This document shows, one piece after another, positions 1-6,379 of a stretch of DNA of 39,878 bases. The stretch is from NCBI GenBank assembly GCA_030631915.1, contig DAOVKF010000001.1, forward strand, positions 1 to 39,878, written 5' to 3'. Origin of the DNA: Candidatus Omnitrophota bacterium. GTDB lineage: Bacteria > Omnitrophota > Gorgyraeia > Tantalellales > Tantalellaceae. The notes below the pieces were generated by a model. The model made no database searches and was not told the DNA's origin. It saw only the letters and a list, made by a program, of their open reading frames with translations. Position numbers and translations under genes: made by a program. Positions within the stretch are counted from its first letter, which is position 1. Each line of letters starts with the position of its first letter.

Positions 1-2
1 AC

Positions 3-548
3 CTTTCCGAGACGGCCCAAAAGTATATTGCCGGGATATTGAAACATGCGCCGGAGATAACGTTCGTGTGCAACCAGTGGGTGAACTCATACAAGCGTCT
101 GGTGCCGGGGTATGAAGCGCCTGTTTATATATGCTGGGCGCAGCGCAACAGGAGTTCCCTGGTAAGGGTGCCGATGTATAAGCCGGGCAAGGAAAAGGCT
201 ACAAGGATTGAATTCCGCTCGCCCGACCCGGCCTGCAACCCGTACCTTGCTTTCGCGTGCATGCTCGCCGCTGGTTTTAAGGGGATGGAAGAGAAAAGTT
301 CTCTTGCTGAACCGATGGAAAGGGACGTTTATCATCTTGCGCCGGAAGAATTGAGCGAACTGGGCGTGGGATGCCTTCCCGGAAGCCTGATCGAGGCGAT
401 CGAGATCGCGGAAGGGAGCCGGTTGTTAAAAGACACCCTGGGCGACCATATATTCAACAACCTTCTCAAGAGCAAGAAGATAGAGTGGGATGAGTATCGC
501 CAAAGGGTGCATGGATACGAAATAGCGACGTATTTACCCGTACTATGA
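3..548 (+). CDS. glnA: glutamine synthetase type I, C-terminal part (5' end lies outside the window)
   Basis: The frame is open from position 3 (LSETAQKYIAGILKHAPEITFV...). It carries GS-I motifs: NRSSLVRVP, KATRIEFRSPDPACNPYLAF. Stop is TGA at 546-548. Confidence 0.9.
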   Translation, partial: LSETAQKYIAGILKHAPEITFVCNQWVNSYKRLVPGYEAPVYICWAQRNRSSLVRVPMYKPGKEKATRIEFRSPDPACNPYLAFACMLAAGFKGMEEKSSLAEPMERDVYHLAPEELSELGVGCLPGSLIEAIEIAEGSRLLKDTLGDHIFNNLLKSKKIEWDEYRQRVHGYEIATYLPVL

Positions 549-1264
549 GTGCTATGAGCAGTAAGAGATCCGGAAAAGATTATCTGGAAACGTTGAACAG
601 GATAAGCAGGGCCATAACCTCTGATCTTTACCTGGAGGATATCCTGAAGCTCATCGTGAATTTGACCGCCAATGTCATGAACGCCAAGATATGTTCTCTG
701 TGGCTACTGGACACAGAGACCGGTGAACTCAGGATAAGGGCGACGCAGGCGATGAGCAGGGAATATCTGAAGGAGAGAACGTTAAAAGTGGGGGAAGGCA
801 TCGTCGGAATGGCCGCGCAGGAGAAGAAGCCGGTGGTTATTCCCGACGTCCTGAAAGACAAACGGTATAAAGAAAAGACCCTTGCGGAAAAAGAGAACCT
901 GGTCTCAATGCTCAGCGTCCCGATGATCGAGAAAGACAGGGTCATGGGAGTTATAAACACATATACGGTCAATGAGCATAAGTTCACGAAGAGCGAGATC
1001 GAACTTTTAAGCATTGTGGCGGACCAGGCCGCAGTGGCCATTAAGAACACGGAACTGCTTGTGCAGACAAAAGTGATACAGGAAGAACTCGAGACCAGGA
1101 AAAAGGTGGAAAAGGCGAAAGGCATGCTGATGAAAGAACAGGATCTGTCGGAAGAGGAAGCGTATAAACTGATAAGAAAAGCCAGCATGGACAAGCGTAT
1201 CTCAATGAAAGAGATCGCCGAGGCCATAATACTTTCTTCCGAGATCAGCGGCAAAAAAGGATAA
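545..1264 (+). CDS. GAF-domain + ANTAR-domain RNA-binding (antiterminator-type) regulator
   Basis: ATGA start/stop overlap with glnA. The N-terminal part looks like a GAF domain (ICSLWLLD...GEGIVGMAA...VPMI..DRVMGVIN). The C-terminal part looks like ANTAR (KVEKAKGMLMKEQDLSEEEAYKLIRKASMDKRISMKEIAEAII). Confidence 0.85.
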   Translation: MSAMSSKRSGKDYLETLNRISRAITSDLYLEDILKLIVNLTANVMNAKICSLWLLDTETGELRIRATQAMSREYLKERTLKVGEGIVGMAAQEKKPVVIPDVLKDKRYKEKTLAEKENLVSMLSVPMIEKDRVMGVINTYTVNEHKFTKSEIELLSIVADQAAVAIKNTELLVQTKVIQEELETRKKVEKAKGMLMKEQDLSEEEAYKLIRKASMDKRISMKEIAEAIILSSEISGKKG

Positions 1265-1371
1265 ACAGAATATACCCGGGACAGAGGCTGTTACAAAGGA
1301 CGATGACGCCCGAGCCGTAAAACGGGTTCTTATTCAGCGCCCGGTGAAGCGAGCGCGACATTAAGGCACAG

Positions 1372-1415
1372 ACGCCCTTTTTAAGCATTGAAAGCTTGAA
1401 AAGGGCGTTTTTTTT
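1372..1415 (+). terminator. strong intrinsic terminator between the GAF-ANTAR gene and the sigma gene
   Basis: A 15-bp stem (ACGCCCTTTTTAAGC / GCTTGAAAAGGGCGT) with a 7-nt loop, followed by T8. Its 5' arm is overlapped by a small hairpin AAGGC-ACAGAC-GCC(c)TT at 1363-1379. Confidence 0.8.
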
Positions 1416-1434
1416 CAAGGGGAGGGGGAGCCGC

Positions 1435-1959
1435 ATGGAATATGAAAATCTGGTAGACAGGCTGTCGCCTAAAATAAAGGCCATATCAAGAAAAGTTAAC
1501 AGGAGATATTCGTACTGCGATGAGAATGATTTTTACCAGGAAGCTATTCTGCATCTCTGGATGCAGTTCCAGCAGGGCGGACTGAGGGAAAAGACGGACA
1601 GTTACATCCTCCAGGGGTGTTATTATTTCCTGAAGAATTATATCCGGAAGTTATGCAAAAGCGTCGATAACAATTCGGTCAGCATTTACAGCGTGATCGA
1701 TGAAAACGGCCTTACTATCGAAGATACCATCGCCTCCGGCGCCTATATTGCGGAAACCGAATCCGTGGAAATTTATCTGCTCCTGGACGAGTCCGAGGAA
1801 CGGTTTACGGAAAGGGAAAAGAATATTTTTTACTATCAGCTGGAAGGCTTTACCACAAGAGAGATAGGCGAAAAGATCGGGGTCTCCCATGTCATGGTCG
1901 TAAAGACCGGGAGCAGGATCCGGCAGAAATGCACGGCGCTCAGGGAAGAGCTTATTTGA
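1435..1959 (+). CDS. sigma-70 family (ECF-like) RNA polymerase sigma factor
   Basis: ATG at 1435 is preceded by GGGGAGGGGGAG. The ORF-track start at 1396 lies inside the terminator. Region-2-like YQEAILHLW and region-4 HTH EREKNIFYYQLEGFTTREIGEKIGVSHVMV are present. Confidence 0.75.
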   Translation: MEYENLVDRLSPKIKAISRKVNRRYSYCDENDFYQEAILHLWMQFQQGGLREKTDSYILQGCYYFLKNYIRKLCKSVDNNSVSIYSVIDENGLTIEDTIASGAYIAETESVEIYLLLDESEERFTEREKNIFYYQLEGFTTREIGEKIGVSHVMVVKTGSRIRQKCTALREELI

Positions 1960-2187
1960 TCGGCGGCAGGGGGTTACCAAAAGACGAAGATCTTTACTTG
2001 TAGTATTGGAACACAGTGATGTGAAAAAAGAAAAGCGGTCCTGAAAGAAATGCCGCTGTTTTTGACGCAGGCGTCTTAAAATCCTGAGAAGGATCATAAG
2101 GCGCCTTTTTGTCTTAATGGCCAAAGGACTAGGAGAGATCCGGACGAAAGTTTTTGAAAGGATCGGTAAAAAGAAAAGGAGGGGAAA

Positions 2188-3000
2188 ATGGGCAGGACAA
2201 AAAGGACGATCGTTTCGGCGGTCTTGACGGCAGTTATGGCTGTCGTTGTTTCCGCGGGCCCCGGCGCTTCTTATGCGCTGGATCTTAACGGGGAATGGCT
2301 GCCGGAAAAGCCGGAATGGGCTCCGGATATTTCTTTCAGCACCACGTTTCTTACAAAGTATATCTGGAGAGGGCAGAATCTCGGGGATGACCCGGTGATG
2401 CAGCCTGATCTTTCCATGTCCAAATGTGGCCTTACCCTGGATATCTGGGGAAGTTATGATACGGGGACGGGAGATGAACTGACCGAACTGGACTATACGA
2501 TAGACTACACCTTTAATGTCGGTGAAATGGCGGAAAAACTGGATATGGGGAGTATGGGAGTTCTGGATCCCTTGAGCCTTTCCGCGGGTTATACATATTA
2601 TACTTTTCCGAATGTGGACTGGGACAGCGAGGGGTTTGATACGCACGAGGTCTATCTGGGGTGCGCCTATGATATCCTTCTGCAGCCGTCTTTCACCTGG
2701 TACTGGGATGTTGACACAGGCCATGGCTGTTATTATACGGCCGGCATAGGGCACACGTTCGAGTTTGACGGAGGCATTTCCGCGGGGCTTGGCATGACAG
2801 CCGCGTATAATGACGAACAGTGGACGGACAGGTCCGGGTGGAGCGACATGGTTTTTTCCGGTGACGTCACTATCCCGTTCTTCACTTATTTTACGGTCAC
2901 ACCGAGCGTCGCGTATTCGGTCGTGCTGGACAGGGACACCTATAATGACGCGCAAAGCAATGAATTTTACGGAGGAGTTTCCATAGGTTTCGCGTATTGA
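2188..3000 (+). CDS. secreted outer-membrane beta-barrel porin-like protein (resembles TorF/Gcw_chp-type putative porins)
   Basis: RBS AAAGGAGGGG. Signal peptide ...VVVSAGPGASYA. YIWRGQNLG motif, alternating aromatic/Gly-rich strands, and a C-terminal ...GVSIGFAY. The family call is from memory of motifs only. Confidence 0.6.
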   Translation: MGRTKRTIVSAVLTAVMAVVVSAGPGASYALDLNGEWLPEKPEWAPDISFSTTFLTKYIWRGQNLGDDPVMQPDLSMSKCGLTLDIWGSYDTGTGDELTELDYTIDYTFNVGEMAEKLDMGSMGVLDPLSLSAGYTYYTFPNVDWDSEGFDTHEVYLGCAYDILLQPSFTWYWDVDTGHGCYYTAGIGHTFEFDGGISAGLGMTAAYNDEQWTDRSGWSDMVFSGDVTIPFFTYFTVTPSVAYSVVLDRDTYNDAQSNEFYGGVSIGFAY

Positions 3001-3030
3001 GCGTGAATGGTCCAATGAAAGGAGGATCTA

Positions 3031-4386
3031 ATGGGGTTGTTGAAAAAGACATTAAAAATACTCCCCTTGCTGGCGGTCGGGACCTCGGCCGCGGCATGGG
3101 GGGATGAACCGACTGCCGCGAGTAACGCAGTGGCGATAGATACTGTGTGGACGCTGGTGGCGGCATTCCTTGTATTCTTTATGCAGCCCGGGTTCGCGAT
3201 GGTCGAGACCGGTTTTACAAGGGCGAAGAACGCGGCCAACATCCTGATGAAGAATCTTATGGATTTCTGTATAGGGTCGATCGCTTTCTGGCTGGTCGGG
3301 TTCGGCATAATGTTCGGAGCAAGCGCTCTGGGTCTTTTTGGAACGAACGGATTTTTCTTAAGCAGCGCGAATGCTTCTACGGGTGACGGATTGTGGCAGT
3401 TCGCTTACTGGATGTTCCAGGTGGTCTTCGCTGCCACAGCGGCGACGATCGTTTCCGGGGCAATGGCTGAAAGGACAAAGTTTCCCGCGTATCTGATCTA
3501 CTCGTTCTTTATCTGCGCTTTGATCTATCCCATAGTGGGCCACTGGATCTGGGGAGGCGGATGGCTTGCGGGTAAGGGCATGGTGGACTTTGCCGGTTCC
3601 ACGGTGGTCCACTCCGTCGGCGGATGGGCAGGCCTGGCAGGCGCGATAGTCCTCGGGCCGAGGCTGGGAAAATATAATAAGAACGGAAGCTCCAACGCTA
3701 TACCCGGGCATAATATACCTTTAGCCGCTTTAGGCGTGTTTATCCTCTGGTTTGGATGGTTTGGCTTTAACGCGGGCAGCACTACGTCCGGCACGAATCT
3801 GAGCATTGCCGTCATCGCGGTGACCACCAATCTGGCGGCGGCGGCGGCAGCCATTACTGCCATGTTCACGGCCTGGGCAAGGTTCGGGAAACCGGATACC
3901 AGCATGGCTTTGAACGGCGCTCTGGCCGGGCTTGTGGCTATAACCGCGCCCTGTGCGAGCGTTTCTCCTTTGAGCGCCGTTATCATCGGTGCCATAGCGG
4001 GGGTAATCGTCGTTCTCAGTGTCGAGCTTCTGGACAAAGTGTTTCATATTGACGATCCTGTGGGCGCGATATCGGTTCACGGGGTTTGCGGCGCGTTCGG
4101 AACGCTTTCCGTGGGCCTTTTTGCCGAAGCAGTGTATGGAGAGGCCAGCGGAATCGGGGCTGTCAACGGGCTCTTCTTTGGAGGCGGATTATCGCAGTTT
4201 TTCACACAGTTATTAGGCGTGGTGTCGGTATTCGCCTGGGTGTTCGGCACGGCCCTGCTCCTTTTTCACGTTATCAAAAAGACCGTGGGGCTCAGGGCTT
4301 CCGATGAAGAGCAGTTAAAAGGACTGGATATCGGTGAGCACGGCATGGAGGCGTATGCCGGATTCCAGATATTTACCACGCAGTAA
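3031..4386 (+). CDS. amtB: ammonium transporter (Amt family) with signal peptide
   Basis: Typical Amt motifs: [57 protein letters not shown]. Confidence 0.95.
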   Translation: MGLLKKTLKILPLLAVGTSAAAWGDEPTAASNAVAIDTVWTLVAAFLVFFMQPGFAMVETGFTRAKNAANILMKNLMDFCIGSIAFWLVGFGIMFGASALGLFGTNGFFLSSANASTGDGLWQFAYWMFQVVFAATAATIVSGAMAERTKFPAYLIYSFFICALIYPIVGHWIWGGGWLAGKGMVDFAGSTVVHSVGGWAGLAGAIVLGPRLGKYNKNGSSNAIPGHNIPLAALGVFILWFGWFGFNAGSTTSGTNLSIAVIAVTTNLAAAAAAITAMFTAWARFGKPDTSMALNGALAGLVAITAPCASVSPLSAVIIGAIAGVIVVLSVELLDKVFHIDDPVGAISVHGVCGAFGTLSVGLFAEAVYGEASGIGAVNGLFFGGGLSQFFTQLLGVVSVFAWVFGTALLLFHVIKKTVGLRASDEEQLKGLDIGEHGMEAYAGFQIFTTQ

Positions 4387-4457
4387 TACAGACGCGGATA
4401 TACGCGGATATACCGGTAACACCTGCGGGAATCTGCGTTTCAAAAAGGAGGGATACG

Positions 4458-4799
4458 ATGAAGCTTGTAATCGCGATGATTCAACCGCACAAGCTGCCGG
4501 ACGTGAAGAAAGCGCTTTATGACGCTGAAGTTTACAAGATGACAGTTACCAATGCCCTGGGCTGCGGACAGCAGAAAGGTTTTTCCGAAACCTATCGCGG
4601 GGTGGTCACGGAAGTGAATCTTCTAAAGAAGATAAGACTGGAGGTCGCGGTAAACGAGGATTTTGTCCAGCCGGCAATAGAGGCGATCATAAACGGCGCG
4701 AGGACAGGCAAGATTGGCGACGGAAAGATCTTTGTCCTGGACCTTCCGGAATGCGTAAGGATAAGAACCGGTGAAAAAGGATCCGCGGCGATCGGCTAA
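4458..4799 (+). CDS. glnK: P-II nitrogen regulatory protein, full-length T-loop
   Basis: 112 aa, RBS AAGGAGGGA. T-loop is [16 protein letters not shown] with a Tyr. C-terminal motif [11 protein letters not shown]...RIRTGE. Lies immediately downstream of amtB. Confidence 0.9.
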   Translation: MKLVIAMIQPHKLPDVKKALYDAEVYKMTVTNALGCGQQKGFSETYRGVVTEVNLLKKIRLEVAVNEDFVQPAIEAIINGARTGKIGDGKIFVLDLPECVRIRTGEKGSAAIG

Positions 4800-4888
4800 G
4801 AATAAGATAAAAGCCGGGGAGAGGAAAGGTGTCCTCTTGTCCAGAGAGCGGAGAGAGGACGCCTTTGTCATTCATGGGAGGAATGAAG

Positions 4889-5209
4889 ATGAAAAAGATC
4901 GAATGCATAATCCGTTCAGAGATGCTGAAAGGACTGAAAGAGGCCTTGAGACTGGCCGGTGTCGGGGGGATGACCATTACCGAAGTCAAAGGATTCGGAA
5001 GCGAGGCTACACGGCCGGATGCTTATCTGTTCCTGCCCAAGACCAAGGTTGAAATATATGCCGCTGATGAACAGGTGCAGGAGCTGGCCGCAGCGGTTAT
5101 TGATACCTGCCGCACGGGTGAATTAGGTGACGGCAAGATCATTGTTTCGCCGATGGATGAATGTATCCGGATAAGGACGGGCCAGAGAGGTGACGAGGCG
5201 ATATTTTAA
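4889..5209 (+). CDS. P-II family paralog with shortened, divergent T-loop
   Basis: MKKIECII... start is 6 nt after GGGAGGA, so the ORF-track start at 4829 is an upstream extension. [17 protein letters not shown] replaces the canonical [37 protein letters not shown] is retained. Confidence 0.8.
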   Translation: [106 protein letters not shown]

Positions 5210-5264
5210 CCCCGGGTGTTCAGATGGAGGTATTCGCCTTTCCTGAAGAGCGGGAGCGATAAAA

Positions 5265-6095
5265 ATGCGGATCAGGCATATGGTGGAAAGCGACCTGCCG
5301 GCTGTTTTGCGCATGGCGTCCGGGGAGGGATGGGTATCCGACATAACCGAGTTCCGGATCTTTATAGAGTTTAATCCATTTGGCTGTTTCATCTGTGCGA
5401 TGGACGGACGGATCCTCGGTTCCATTATGACGTTCTGCCATGCCGAAAGCGCCTGGGTAGGCAACTTTATTGTTTCTAAAGAGTATCGAGGGAGAGGCAT
5501 CGGCAGGAGACTTCTATCGCAGGCGATCGAATATCTGGACAAAAAGAAGAAACAGATCTATGTGAATGCTGCGGATGACGCAAGAAAATTGTACAAAAAA
5601 TTCGATTTCAAGGACGTTATATCGGTGGATCGATGGCAGGGTAAAGCGGTGAAACCCGCCGGGGATACGGAAAATCCCCGGGAAGCCATGTCCGACATTC
5701 TGAGCTTTATCGAGCTGGACGCGCGCATATGGGGGGATGAAAGGTTTGCCCTTATTTCGCGACTTTCATCATTGCGCCATTCTCGGTCATATTTCGGGCT
5801 TCCCGGATTTTTAATGTACGGTAATACGGGGGACAGTATCACTATCGGACCGTGGGAAGTAAAAGGCGGGGACGAAGAGATAGCGGAAAAACTGCTCATT
5901 TCCGGATTATCCGGACTAAGGCCTGGAAGTAAGATCCTTTTAGATGTTCCGGCAGTAAATGAAAAGGCGGCGAGGATCCTGGCCAGACATAAGTTCGAGA
6001 CCGTTGGGTCCACAATGTTTATGTGCCGCGGGAAATCGCCGCGGATCCATTTTAAAGAGATTTTCAGCCTTGCCACAATGGGTTCGATGGGGTAA
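5265..6095 (+). CDS. GNAT family N-acetyltransferase with C-terminal YitH-like extension
   Basis: Acetyl-CoA motif VSKEYRGRGIGRRLLSQAIEYL, and the length is typical of two-domain GNATs. Confidence 0.7.
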   Translation: MRIRHMVESDLPAVLRMASGEGWVSDITEFRIFIEFNPFGCFICAMDGRILGSIMTFCHAESAWVGNFIVSKEYRGRGIGRRLLSQAIEYLDKKKKQIYVNAADDARKLYKKFDFKDVISVDRWQGKAVKPAGDTENPREAMSDILSFIELDARIWGDERFALISRLSSLRHSRSYFGLPGFLMYGNTGDSITIGPWEVKGGDEEIAEKLLISGLSGLRPGSKILLDVPAVNEKAARILARHKFETVGSTMFMCRGKSPRIHFKEIFSLATMGSMG

Positions 6096-6134
6096 ATCAA
6101 ATAACCCGATAAAGCTACATAATTCTGTATAATG

Positions 6135-6163
6135 TTGACAAATCGGGCAGGAAGTGATAAACT
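6135..6163 (+). promoter_or_regulatory. sigma-70-type promoter candidate for the gltB leader
   Basis: TTGACA (6135-6140), 17-nt spacer, TAAACT (6158-6163). Confidence 0.5.
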
Positions 6164-6184
6164 TAATAGTGTTAGGCAATGAGG

Positions 6185-6218
6185 CCCCTGGATACTGTGC
6201 AGTTCCAGGGGTTTTTTT
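6185..6218 (+). terminator. intrinsic terminator T1 in the GNAT-gltB spacer
   Basis: CCCCTGGA...TCCAGGGG stem followed by T7. The hairpin GGC-AATGAG-GCC (6175-6186) overlaps its 5' arm. Confidence 0.75.
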
Positions 6219-6247
6219 ATGCTTCGCCTCCCAAGGGGGATGAAGCA

Positions 6248-6291
6248 GCTCCAGGGACGGCGCAGGACCGGTAAAGGCAAAGAAGCCCTTT
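6248..6291 (+). promoter_or_regulatory. candidate ANTAR-type dual hexaloop hairpin (P1 6248-6263, P2 6273-6291)
   Basis: P1 is GCTCC-AGGGAC-GGCGC with one internal mismatch. P2 is AAAGGC-AAAGAA-GCC(c)TTT. Both loops have A at position 1 and G at position 4. The P2 3' arm is part of the terminator T2 5' arm. Confidence 0.4.
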
Positions 6292-6330
6292 TGAAGCTAA
6301 GAACAAGCTTTGAAGGGCTTTTTTTGTTTT
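6283..6330 (+). terminator. intrinsic terminator T2 about 50 nt upstream of gltB
   Basis: AAGCCCTTTTGAAGCT / AGCTTTGAAGGGCTT stem with a 7-nt loop, followed by TTTTTTTGTTTTT. The sequence is related to the terminator at 1372-1415. Confidence 0.75.
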
Positions 6331-6379
6331 TCAGGCGGCGGTATCCGGGGACGGGTGAGTTCGGGATCTGATATAACAG

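Noticed and set aside
2031-2063. Terminator or ANTAR target downstream of the sigma gene (AGCGG-14 nt-CCGCT-GTTTTT, with AAAGAA in the loop)
   Set aside because: The stem is only 5 bp with a 14-nt loop. The AAAGAA hexamer is not closed by a stem, so I could not support it as either a robust terminator or a hexaloop hairpin.
1651-3015. 454-aa ORF on the minus strand
   Set aside because: It runs antisense across the sigma gene, an intergenic spacer and the porin gene. Its composition is Arg/Pro/Ile-rich and unlike a real protein, with no recognisable motif. The plus-strand genes have ribosome-binding sites, a signal peptide and clear family motifs.
6219-6371. 51-codon ORF (MLRLPRGMKQ...) in the gltB leader, considered as a possible leader peptide
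   Set aside because: It has no ribosome-binding site and no run of regulatory codons (Gln/Glu). It reads straight through terminator T2. An RNA-structure explanation fits better.
6096-6379. Sigma-54 (TGGCAC-N5-TTGC) promoter or glutamine riboswitch (glnA RNA motif) in the nitrogen-gene leaders, also checked at 1960-2187 and 12360-12548
   Set aside because: There is no GG-N10-GC element with correct spacing. None of the conserved glutamine-riboswitch segments I remember (CGUUC..GGAAGUAG..AAGGAACGC) are present.
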